A model generated the notes under the pieces. That model worked only from the letters and a program-made list of their open reading frames with translations. It made no database searches and was not told where the DNA came from. From assembly GCA_001873465.1 (NCBI GenBank), contig MNZE01000025.1:1-35457 (forward strand): a stretch of DNA of 35,457 nt, given 5' to 3'. The position numbers and the translations under genes are program-made. Shown piece after piece: positions 24,350 through 31,848 of the stretch (positions are counted from its first letter, which is position 1; every line of letters begins with the position of its first letter). This DNA comes from Parcubacteria group bacterium CG2_30_36_38 (GTDB lineage Bacteria > Patescibacteriota > Patescibacteriia > UBA2591 > CG2-30-36-38).

Positions 24350-24580
24350 ATGCCCGAAAAACAAACTTCAAAAGAATTTTTGGAACTCGAAGGCGTCGTA
24401 GAAGAAAGCTTGCCTTCAACTGTTTTTAAAGTAAGGCTAGATAATGGCAGAACAATTTCTGCTTATCTCTCAGGGAAAATGAGGATTAATAAAATAAAAG
24501 TTTTGCCTGGAGATAAAGTAAGAATTGAGATCAGTCCTTATGATACAACTAAAGGAAGGATAGTGTATAGATATAAATAA
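24350..24580 (+). CDS. infA: translation initiation factor IF-1
   Basis: [66 protein letters not shown] matches the IF-1 S1 fold throughout. ATG 24338 is an alternative start. Confidence 0.9.
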   Translation: MPEKQTSKEFLELEGVVEESLPSTVFKVRLDNGRTISAYLSGKMRINKIKVLPGDKVRIEISPYDTTKGRIVYRYK

Positions 24581-24601
24581 AAATTTTCAAATAATTTTTT
24601 C

Positions 24602-24715
24602 ATGAAAGTAAGAGCATCAGTTAAAAAAATTTGTCAATCTTGCAAGGTGGTCCGAAGAAAGAAGCGGATCTATATAATTTGTAAAAACCCTAAACATAAA
24701 CAAAGACAGGGGTAA
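24602..24715 (+). CDS. rpmJ: 50S ribosomal protein L36
   Basis: Not in the ORF track. Hand translation gives [37 protein letters not shown], a near-consensus L36 in the canonical infA-rpmJ-rpsM position. Confidence 0.92.
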   Translation: MKVRASVKKICQSCKVVRRKKRIYIICKNPKHKQRQG

Positions 24716-24723
24716 GATAAATT

Positions 24724-25113
24724 ATGGCTAGAATAATGGGAATAAATATACCAAATGAAAAAAGGGTCGAGATAGGCTTGACCTATATTTTTGGTATTGG
24801 CAGAAGTCTTTCTGATAAAATTCTCGAAGCAACAAAAATCAATAAAGACAAAAGGGTTAAAGATCTTACGTCTCAAGAGGTAGAAAAAATCCAAAATTTT
24901 ATTGGAAAAAATTACAAAGTAGAAGGCGCGCTGAAGAGAGATATTGTTGAAGACATAAAAAGATTAAAAAACATTGGCTGCTATAGAGGGGTAAGACACA
25001 CTAAACATTTGCCAGCCAGAGGACAAAGGAGTAAAACCAATTCGAGAACAGTGAGGGGCAACGTGAGAAAAACAATTGGCGGAACCACTCGTCCTTCCTT
25101 ACAAAAAACCTAA
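24724..25113 (+). CDS. rpsM: 30S ribosomal protein S13
   Basis: MARIMGINIPNEKRVEIGLTYIFGIGRS...YRGVRHTKHLPARGQRSKTNSRT. Confidence 0.95.
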   Translation: MARIMGINIPNEKRVEIGLTYIFGIGRSLSDKILEATKINKDKRVKDLTSQEVEKIQNFIGKNYKVEGALKRDIVEDIKRLKNIGCYRGVRHTKHLPARGQRSKTNSRTVRGNVRKTIGGTTRPSLQKT

Positions 25114-25131
25114 TAATTTTTAATAATATTT

Positions 25132-25512
25132 ATGCCTGTTAAAAAGAAAAAAAAGATAGCCAGGACAATCCCGGAAGGCAACGCTTATATTCAAGCGACC
25201 TATAATAACACCATCATTACCCTGACTGATTTAAGCGGCAACACCCTAGCTTGGTCTTCAGCGGGCAAATTAGGTTTTAAGGGCCCTAAAAAATCAACTC
25301 CTTTTGTCGCCAGCTTGGTGGTTAAAGACGTGATAGAGAAAGTAAAAGATTTTGGCTTTAAAAAAGTCAATGTTTTTGTGCGAGGCATAGGTGGCGGACG
25401 AGAATCCGCGGTTCGTTCTCTTTACTCTAATGGTCTTGATCTAATTTCAATTAAAGATGTAACGCCGATTCCTCATGGCGGGGTAAGGCTAGCCGGAGAG
25501 AGGAGGGTATAA
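25132..25512 (+). CDS. rpsK: 30S ribosomal protein S11
   Basis: AYIQATYNNTIITLTDLSGNTLAWSSAGKLGFKGPKKSTPF...ISIKDVTPIPHGG. Confidence 0.95.
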   Translation: MPVKKKKKIARTIPEGNAYIQATYNNTIITLTDLSGNTLAWSSAGKLGFKGPKKSTPFVASLVVKDVIEKVKDFGFKKVNVFVRGIGGGRESAVRSLYSNGLDLISIKDVTPIPHGGVRLAGERRV

Positions 25513-25533
25513 AGAAATACTAAAATATAAAAG

Positions 25534-26163
25534 ATGGCTAGAAATTTAGATTCTAAATGTAAAGTTTGTCGCAGAGCAGGAAAGAAGCTTTTTTTAAAAG
25601 GCGAACGGTGTTATACTGCAAAATGTGCTATGATAAGAAGAAAATATCCGCCTGGAGCTCATGGCGCCAAAAGATTTTCTCAGTCTTCAGAGTATGGGGA
25701 GATCCTTCGCGAAAAACAAAATATGAAGAACTCTTATGGACTGCTTGAGAGACAATTCAGCAATTATTTTGTTAAAGCTAAGAAGAGAAAAGGGGACCCC
25801 TCGATAAATTTTTTGACACTACTCGAGAAAAGATTAGATAATGTCTTATATCGAGCCGGATTTTTTATTTCGAAAAATAAAACTCGTCAAGTTATTAGTC
25901 ATGGTTTGGTCAAGGTCAATGGAAAGCGCTTGGATATACCTTCTTATGAAGTAGAAGTCGGTGATTCTATTACTCTGAAAGAAAAAGAAACAACAGTCAA
26001 AGAAGCAAGGGAAAATCTTTCAAAAAAAACTGAAGAAAATTTACCGATTTGGTTTAGTGTGGATAAAAATAATTTAGAAATTAAAATTTTGCGCAACCCG
26101 ATCGGGGAAGATCTACCAAAAGAATTTGACGTTTATTTAGTTCTCGAATTTTACAGTCGATAA
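25534..26163 (+). CDS. rpsD: 30S ribosomal protein S4
   Basis: MARNLDSKCKVCRRAGKKLFLKGERC..., and the S4 domain LEKRLDNVLYRAGF...RQVISHGLVKVNGKRLDIPSYEV. Confidence 0.95.
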   Translation: MARNLDSKCKVCRRAGKKLFLKGERCYTAKCAMIRRKYPPGAHGAKRFSQSSEYGEILREKQNMKNSYGLLERQFSNYFVKAKKRKGDPSINFLTLLEKRLDNVLYRAGFFISKNKTRQVISHGLVKVNGKRLDIPSYEVEVGDSITLKEKETTVKEARENLSKKTEENLPIWFSVDKNNLEIKILRNPIGEDLPKEFDVYLVLEFYSR

Positions 26164-26183
26164 TATTAATATAAATAATATAA

Positions 26184-26218
26184 TTTAATAAATTTAATAA
26201 ATTTACAAATTTAATAAA
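26184..26218 (+). repeat. four tandem copies of TTTAATAAA (third copy TTTACAAA), ending 3 nt before the rpoA ATG
   Basis: Read directly: tttaataaa tttaataaa tttacaaa tttaataaa ttt ATG. Confidence 0.8.
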
Positions 26219-26221
26219 TTT

Positions 26222-27013
26222 ATGGAAAAATTATTTTTACCTAAAACAGTTGAGCATCAAGAAGATAAGGAAAACAAAAATAGAGGCACAGTAATTATTA
26301 CCCCTTGTTATCCAGGTTATGGAACAACCCTGGGAAACGCCTTGCGTCGGGTTTTGCTCTCTTCTCTTGGGGGGACAGCGATTGACGCGGTTAAAATAAA
26401 AGGGGCGAGACACGAGTTCTCAACACTTTCCGGAGTGAAGGAAGACCTCTTAGAAATTGTTTTTAATCTCAAGGCAGTCCGTTTGAAATCAAAAATTGAG
26501 TTGACGGAACCTTTAGAGCTTGAACTTTCTAGTCAAGGTGAAGGAGCGGCTAAAGCCGGAGACATTAAAAAGGGGGCAGAAATAGAAATTATCAATCCGG
26601 ACTTAGTGATTGCTCATTTGACTGACAAAAAGTCTAGTTTAGGCATGAAGATTTGGGTGACTACGGGATACGGCTGGGTAGGGGCTGATGAAAAATTGAG
26701 GGAAGGGAGAGAGGAGGGGTTGATTATCATTGATTCTCTTTTTAGCCCGATTAGGCGGGTGGCAATGAATATAGAGAATATCCGAGTTGGAAAAAGAAAC
26801 GATTATGAAAAACTATCTTTGTCTATTGAAACTGACGGGACCATTTCGTCTCTTGAGGCTTTCCTGAAGGCTGCCAGCTTATTGAATGAGGAGTTTGCTT
26901 TTTTGACGAGGGAGGGGGAGAAATTAGTTGAGAAAGAAAAGCCTGTTGTAGAAAAACCTTCAAAAAAAGTCGCTAAAACTCGTAAAACTAAGAAAAAAGA
27001 CAAAAGAAAATAA
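26222..27013 (+). CDS. rpoA: DNA-directed RNA polymerase alpha subunit, N-terminal domain only, with a Lys-rich tail and no alpha-CTD
   Basis: PGYGTTLGNALRRVLLSSL, DSLFSPIRRVAMNIENIRVGKRNDYEKLSLSIETDGTIS. The protein ends after about 228 NTD residues plus EKLVEKEKPVVEKPSKKVAKTRKTKKKDKRK. Confidence 0.9.
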   Translation: MEKLFLPKTVEHQEDKENKNRGTVIITPCYPGYGTTLGNALRRVLLSSLGGTAIDAVKIKGARHEFSTLSGVKEDLLEIVFNLKAVRLKSKIELTEPLELELSSQGEGAAKAGDIKKGAEIEIINPDLVIAHLTDKKSSLGMKIWVTTGYGWVGADEKLREGREEGLIIIDSLFSPIRRVAMNIENIRVGKRNDYEKLSLSIETDGTISSLEAFLKAASLLNEEFAFLTREGEKLVEKEKPVVEKPSKKVAKTRKTKKKDKRK

Positions 27014-27040
27014 AAGTTTTTAATTTAGCAAAACATTTCT

Positions 27041-27391
27041 ATGCGTCACGGAAAAAAAGGAAAGATTTTGCAAAGAAAAAAGGGACCGAGGAAGGCTCTT
27101 TTAAGGGCGCTTTCATACAGTCTTATTTTGCATGAAAAAATAAAGACGACAGAAGCTAAGGCTAAGGCGCTGAAGCCATTAATAGAAAAAATTGTTTTCC
27201 TCTCCAGAAAAAATGATTTATCTACTAGGCGTAAATTAATTTCTTATTTAGGAAACAAGAAGATAGTAAAAAAACTCTTAGAACAAATTGGTCCTCGGTA
27301 TCTTGAGAGAGTTGGTGGCTACGTGAGAATTATCAAGCTTTCACCGAGAATTACTGATGCGGCGAAAATGGCCTTAATAGAATTTGTGTAA
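27041..27391 (+). CDS. rplQ: 50S ribosomal protein L17
   Basis: MRHGKKGKILQRKKGPRKALLRAL...GGYVRIIKL. Confidence 0.92.
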   Translation: MRHGKKGKILQRKKGPRKALLRALSYSLILHEKIKTTEAKAKALKPLIEKIVFLSRKNDLSTRRKLISYLGNKKIVKKLLEQIGPRYLERVGGYVRIIKLSPRITDAAKMALIEFV

Positions 27392-27418
27392 ATCTTTTTT
27401 TTAATTGAATTATCAATT

Positions 27419-27772
27419 ATGGAGATCCAAAGAAAAATAATTAATATTGATGCTGAGGACAAGTCTTTAGGCAGGCTTGCCTCAAACATCGCTTTAATTT
27501 TGCAGGGGAAAAATAAAGCGGAATATCTTTCTTATCAAGATATGGGAGATACAGTTAAGGTTAAAAATATCGAGAAAATAAAAATTACGGCTGGTAAATT
27601 GAAAAGTAAATATTATTATCACTACAGCGGATTTCCCGGCGGAATGAAAAAAAGGAGCATGGGCGAGGTCTTCGCTAGAAATCCAAAGGAGGTTTTATGT
27701 CGGGCCGTTTATAATATGTTGCCAAAAAATAAACTGAGAAAAGAGAGAATGAAAAGATTAAAATTTGTTTGA
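27419..27772 (+). CDS. rplM: 50S ribosomal protein L13 (short form, 117 aa)
   Basis: IDAEDKSLGRLASNIALILQGKNKAEY...KYYYHYSGFPGGMK...MLPKNKLRKERMKRLKFV. Confidence 0.9.
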   Translation: MEIQRKIINIDAEDKSLGRLASNIALILQGKNKAEYLSYQDMGDTVKVKNIEKIKITAGKLKSKYYYHYSGFPGGMKKRSMGEVFARNPKEVLCRAVYNMLPKNKLRKERMKRLKFV

Positions 27773-27800
27773 AATTATAGACAAAATTTTTTTTTATACT

Positions 27801-27825
27801 AAAATTCCCTCAAGAGGGAATTTTT
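27801..27825 (+). terminator. rho-independent terminator after rplM
   Basis: aaaattccct-caag-agggaatttt hairpin running into a T tract. Confidence 0.6.
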
Positions 27826-27873
27826 AAATCTTGTGAAAAAAAATAAAAAGGGTAGAATATATAATAAAGGGAT

Positions 27874-27944
27874 GCGGGATTAGTTGAGCGGTTCAACACA
27901 ACCTTCCCATGGTTGGAAGACGGGTTCGACTCCCGTATCCCGCT
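27874..27944 (+). tRNA. tRNA-Gly (anticodon CCC), CCA not encoded
   Basis: GCGGGAU/UA/GUUG-AGCGGUU-CAAC/A/CAACC-UUCCCAU-GGUUG/GAAG/ACGGG-UUCGACU-CCCGU/AUCCCGC/U. Confidence 0.88.
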
Positions 27945-28035
27945 CATAGAGAATTTTCAATTAAATTTTGAGTTAAATTTAGTTTGATATATTATATAAG
28001 GGGGGGCGAAAGCCCGGCAAAGAATAGTAAAAGAA

Positions 28036-28398
28036 ATGTTGAATAAAAAATATGCGTCAGGATCGCATTTCCTGGGCAAAATTTATACCTCAAACAGTCA
28101 AAAACTTTTATTTTCTAAGAAGGCCCAAAAAGTAATTTCAAAGGCAATCGAGGAATCTGGTTTTAAGGAACTAGGATCTTTTTATCACGAGTTTCCTCAG
28201 GGCGGTTTTACTGGCGTCGTGGTCCTATCAGAATCTCACGTGGCGATTCACACCTGGCCAGAGTTTAATTATTTGACCATGGATGTCTATGTCTGCAATT
28301 ACACAAAGGATAATACTGCGGGATGCGAGAAACTTTTTGACCAGATCAGTAAATTTTTCGAGCCCAAAAGAGTGATCAAAAAGAAATTATTAAGATAG
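28036..28398 (+). CDS. speH: S-adenosylmethionine decarboxylase proenzyme, small pyruvoyl-dependent class 1 type
   Basis: GVVVLSESHVAIHTWPEFNYLTMDVYVC contains the self-cleavage E-S site and the HTWPE motif. Length is 120 aa. Confidence 0.85.
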   Translation: MLNKKYASGSHFLGKIYTSNSQKLLFSKKAQKVISKAIEESGFKELGSFYHEFPQGGFTGVVVLSESHVAIHTWPEFNYLTMDVYVCNYTKDNTAGCEKLFDQISKFFEPKRVIKKKLLR

Positions 28399-28422
28399 GA
28401 AGACAAGCCGAAAAGGATTTGA

Positions 28423-28495
28423 GCCCATGTAGCTCAATTGGTAGAGCAATCGCTTCGTAAGCGATAGGTTACTGGTTCGATCCCAGTCATGGGCT
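28423..28495 (+). tRNA. tRNA-Thr (anticodon CGU), CCA not encoded
   Basis: GCCCAUG/UA/GCUC-AAUUGGUA-GAGC/A/AUCGC-UUCGUAA-GCGAU/AGGUU/ACUGG-UUCGAUC-CCAGU/CAUGGGC/U. Confidence 0.9.
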
Positions 28496-28515
28496 ATTTT
28501 AAAGATTTTTAAATT

Positions 28516-29199
28516 ATGATTAAATTTATTAATATTACTAAAAGTTACCCCCCTAATATTTTCGCTTTAAGAAATGTTTCTTTTCATATTAAACCGGGGG
28601 AATTTGTTTCCATAGTTGGCCAATCAGGCGCTGGTAAAACAACAATTCTTAGGTTGATTATCGCCGAAGAAAAGCCGACGAAAGGGAAGGTTATTATTGG
28701 CGGCTGGGATATAAGAGATGCTAAACAAAATGAAATACCTCTTCTACGTCGACAAATCGGCGTTATTTTTCAGGATTTCAAATTGCTTAGTAAAAAAACA
28801 GTTTATGAAAATATAGAATTTTCGCTTCAGGTGATTGGCACGCCGTTTAAAAAAATTCCAGGAATTGTTTCTCAAGCTCTGAAAATAGTGGGATTAGAAA
28901 ACAAGGCCCGTAATTTTCCGCCTCAACTTTCTGCCGGTGAAGCTCAGCGGGCAGCTATTGCTAGAGCGATGGTTTACAGACCAAAAATTCTTTTAGCCGA
29001 TGAACCAACGGGTAATCTTGATCCTATTAATACGCGGGAAGTGATCGAGCTCCTTTTAAGAATAAATGAACTCGGCATTACGACGGTTCTTGTCACTCAT
29101 AATCGTGAAATAGTTAATTTAATAAAAAAAAGAGTTATTACTTTAGATCAAGGAATGATTATAGGCGACCAGCAAGAGAAGGGGAGGTATGTGATATAA
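28516..29199 (+). CDS. ftsE: cell-division ABC ATPase FtsE
   Basis: Walker A GQSGAGKTT, signature LSAGEAQRAAIARA, LLADEPTGNLDP, and the H-loop VTHN. The overall pattern is typical of FtsE. Confidence 0.8.
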   Translation: MIKFINITKSYPPNIFALRNVSFHIKPGEFVSIVGQSGAGKTTILRLIIAEEKPTKGKVIIGGWDIRDAKQNEIPLLRRQIGVIFQDFKLLSKKTVYENIEFSLQVIGTPFKKIPGIVSQALKIVGLENKARNFPPQLSAGEAQRAAIARAMVYRPKILLADEPTGNLDPINTREVIELLLRINELGITTVLVTHNREIVNLIKKRVITLDQGMIIGDQQEKGRYVI

Positions 29200-29235
29200 A
29201 GAATTAAAAATAAAAGATAAAAATACAAATAAAAG

Positions 29236-29640
29236 ATGGATAAAAAATATGAAGTTTTAGAACATCCAGCTGATCTTAAAATTGTAAGCTATGGAAAAAG
29301 TCTTGGGGATGTTTTTTCTAATATGCTTGAGGGAATGTTCAAAAGTTGTCGTCCTAAGCTAACAAGCGAAGAAGTGGTTAGAAAAATAACGCTTAGTTCT
29401 GAAGACAAAGAGTCTCTGCTTATCAATTTTTTATCTGAAGCTCTTTCTCTCTCTGACATTAATGACGAGGTTTATTTTGGAGCAAAGTTCAATAAATTAA
29501 CTGAAAAATATTTAGAAGGAGAAATAAAAGGATTCAAAGTTAAATCTTTAGGCTTAGAAATTAAAGCAGCCACTTGGCACGATTTGAAATTTGAAAAGAA
29601 AAAAGACCTCATTGAAGCAACTGTACTGTTTGATATTTAA
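29236..29640 (+). CDS. archease (RtcB activator family)
   Basis: N-terminal YEVLEHPADLKIVSYGKSLGDVF and C-terminal KAATWHDLKFEK...ATVLFDI match the archease hallmarks. Confidence 0.8.
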   Translation: MDKKYEVLEHPADLKIVSYGKSLGDVFSNMLEGMFKSCRPKLTSEEVVRKITLSSEDKESLLINFLSEALSLSDINDEVYFGAKFNKLTEKYLEGEIKGFKVKSLGLEIKAATWHDLKFEKKKDLIEATVLFDI

Positions 29641-29648
29641 CTACTGTT

Positions 29649-30335
29649 ATGGCAAAAAGTGGCATATTTATAGTGATTGAAGGAACCGATGGTTCAGGAA
29701 AAACTGAACAATTTAATCGTTTATATAAAAAAATAAAAAGACATGGCTTTGTTTGTGAGAGAACCGATTTTCCGCAATACCTTAAGCCTTCATCTTATTT
29801 TATAAAGAGATATCTCAACGGCGATTATGGCGGCTGGCAAGAAGTTTCTCCCTATCAGGCCTCGATTTTTTACGCTCTTGATCGGTTTGAAGCATCGGCC
29901 AAAATTAAAAAGTGGCTCAATCAAGGGAAAATTGTTTTAAGTAATCGATACGTAGCTTCAAATCTGGGCCATCAAGGAGTAAAAATTAAAAATAAGAAGG
30001 AAAGAAGAAAATTTTTTTATTGGCTCAATGATTTTGAGTATCACATTTTAAAAGTCCCCAAGCCAGACATCAATATCTTCCTTCATATGCCTTCTTCTTT
30101 TGCTTACAAGCTTATAGGCCGGAAGGAAAAAAGAGAATATTTAAAAGGTAAAAAAAGAGATATTCACGAGCAAGACATTAAACACTTGAAAGAAGCAGAA
30201 AAAGTTTATCTTGAAGTCAGTCGACTTCTCAAAAAAGATTTCGTGACGGTTGAATGCGCCAAAGAAGGGAAAATTTTATCTAAAAAAGAAATAGAAGCAA
30301 AAATTTGGACCGTTGTTAAAAAATTTCTATGGTAG
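29649..30335 (+). CDS. tmk: thymidylate kinase family P-loop kinase
   Basis: FIVIEGTDGSGKTEQ P-loop, FPQY...YL (type-I-like), and NRYVASNLGHQG in place of DR(Y/H). It overlaps the rtcB start by 7 nt. Confidence 0.7.
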   Translation: MAKSGIFIVIEGTDGSGKTEQFNRLYKKIKRHGFVCERTDFPQYLKPSSYFIKRYLNGDYGGWQEVSPYQASIFYALDRFEASAKIKKWLNQGKIVLSNRYVASNLGHQGVKIKNKKERRKFFYWLNDFEYHILKVPKPDINIFLHMPSSFAYKLIGRKEKREYLKGKKRDIHEQDIKHLKEAEKVYLEVSRLLKKDFVTVECAKEGKILSKKEIEAKIWTVVKKFLW

Positions 30336-31771
30336 AGAAAAAAGATTTCAAAAAGATCAAAGATTATCTTTATGAGATTCAAAGCTCATTCAGGGCTGAT
30401 ATGAGAGTGCCGGCCAGAGTCTATACTTCCGAAAAAATGTTAGACCAGATTTTTAGAGACAAGTCTCTTGAACAATTGATTAATCTCACGACCCTGCCTG
30501 GCATTGTTAAATATGGCTTAGCCATGCCTGATATCCATGAGGGTTATGCTTCGCCAATCGGCGGAGTGGTAGCGATAAGGATTGACGATGGAGTTATCTC
30601 GCCTGGCGTTTGCGGTTATGATATCAATTGCGGAGTCAAACTATTAAGATCAGATTATACAGAAAATGAGATTAAACCATTTTTAGAAAAATTAGCGACT
30701 GAAATCCAAAAAGAGGTTCCCTCTGGTTTAGGGAAAGGGGGGAAGATTAAATTAAGCATTGGACAAATTGATAAAATTTTAGAAGGAGGAACGAAAAAAT
30801 TGGTTGAAGATGGGTATGGAGAAAAAGAAGATATCGAGAATTGTGAAGCAGAAGGCAGATTAGGCTGGGCTGAGGCAATAACCGTTTCTGACCACGCTAA
30901 AAATCGGGGGCGAGATCAGGTAGGAACCCTTGGTTCAGGCAACCATTTCTTAGAGATTCAAAAGGTTGATAAAATTTTTGATGAAAAAATCGCCAATTCT
31001 TTTGGCTTGTTTAAAGACCAAATAATGATGATGGTTCATAGTGGTAGCCGCGGCCTTGGTCATCAGGTCTGCACTGATTATTTAAAAGTAATGATGCCGG
31101 CGATGATGAAATACAAGATCGAGGTACCAGACAGAGAATTCGCTTGTGTTCCATTCAAATCTGAGGAAGGGCAAAGATATTTTAAAGCCATGGCTTGCGC
31201 GGCAAATTACGCCTGGGCAAATCGACAAATGATTGCTTTTCGCCTGAGAAAAGCTTGGAAAAATATTTTAGGGGAAAGATCTTCTTTAACTTCTGTTTAT
31301 GATGTGGCTCATAATATTATTAAAAAAGAAAAATATCTTGTTGACGGAAAAGAAGTCGAGTTGATTGTTCATCGCAAGGGAGCAACTAGAGCTTTCCCGC
31401 CCCACCACCAAGAAATACCGGGGAAATATAGCCAAACTGGTCAGCCTGTTTTGATTCCTGGCTCAATGGGCACAGCTTCTTATGTTCTTTCAGGAAAAAC
31501 AGAAGGAGAAGAAAGTTTCTTTTCGGTTTGCCATGGCAGCGGGAGAACAATGTCAAGGACTGAGGCGACAAGAAGAATCTCTGGCGCTGCTGTAGTCAAA
31601 GAACTGGCCTCAAAAGGAATCATTGTCAAATGCTGGTCTTCTCGCAACATTGCGGAAGAGGCCCCCTTGGCTTATAAAAATGTGGACGAGGTGGTTGAGG
31701 TTGTCGCTGGTGCTGGTCTGGCGAACAAAGTTGCCCGTTTAATTCCTTTAGCAGTCATCAAAGGGGAATGA
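30329..31771 (+). CDS. rtcB: RNA 3'-phosphate/5'-OH ligase RtcB
   Basis: LPGIVKYGLAMPDIHEGYASPIGGV, GYDINCGV, GSGNHFLEIQ, HSGSRGLGHQ, PGSMGTASYVL and CHGSGR. Length is 480 aa with no intein. Confidence 0.92.
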   Translation: MVEKKDFKKIKDYLYEIQSSFRADMRVPARVYTSEKMLDQIFRDKSLEQLINLTTLPGIVKYGLAMPDIHEGYASPIGGVVAIRIDDGVISPGVCGYDINCGVKLLRSDYTENEIKPFLEKLATEIQKEVPSGLGKGGKIKLSIGQIDKILEGGTKKLVEDGYGEKEDIENCEAEGRLGWAEAITVSDHAKNRGRDQVGTLGSGNHFLEIQKVDKIFDEKIANSFGLFKDQIMMMVHSGSRGLGHQVCTDYLKVMMPAMMKYKIEVPDREFACVPFKSEEGQRYFKAMACAANYAWANRQMIAFRLRKAWKNILGERSSLTSVYDVAHNIIKKEKYLVDGKEVELIVHRKGATRAFPPHHQEIPGKYSQTGQPVLIPGSMGTASYVLSGKTEGEESFFSVCHGSGRTMSRTEATRRISGAAVVKELASKGIIVKCWSSRNIAEEAPLAYKNVDEVVEVVAGAGLANKVARLIPLAVIKGE

Positions 31772-31780
31772 AGAAAGCCC

Positions 31781-31810
31781 TTGACATTTAATTCAGTTTC
31801 TTTATATAAT
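31781..31810 (+). promoter_or_regulatory. sigma70-type promoter (TTGACA-18-TATAAT) upstream of the 85-aa ORF
   Basis: ttgaca tttaattcagtttcttta tataat. Confidence 0.55.
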
Positions 31811-31848
31811 TAGATAAACCTTTTGAATTTTTATATATTTATATATTT

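Noticed and set aside
23882-24364. 160-aa minus-strand ORF.
   Set aside because: It is S/L-rich, typical of the antisense of a K/E-rich gene. It overlaps the 23655..24284 CDS and the infA promoter and has no motifs.
26164-26221. Short tandem repeats considered as a CRISPR-like or minisatellite array.
   Set aside because: The units are 8-9 nt, contiguous, without spacers, and confined to a 35-nt AU-rich leader. This is not a CRISPR array.
27996-28035. Possible riboswitch upstream of the AdoMet decarboxylase gene (G-run plus GGGC-GAAA-GCCC hairpin).
   Set aside because: The element is only about 30 nt with a single short hairpin. It matches no SAM or polyamine riboswitch consensus I can recall, so a 5'-terminal stabilising hairpin is more plausible.
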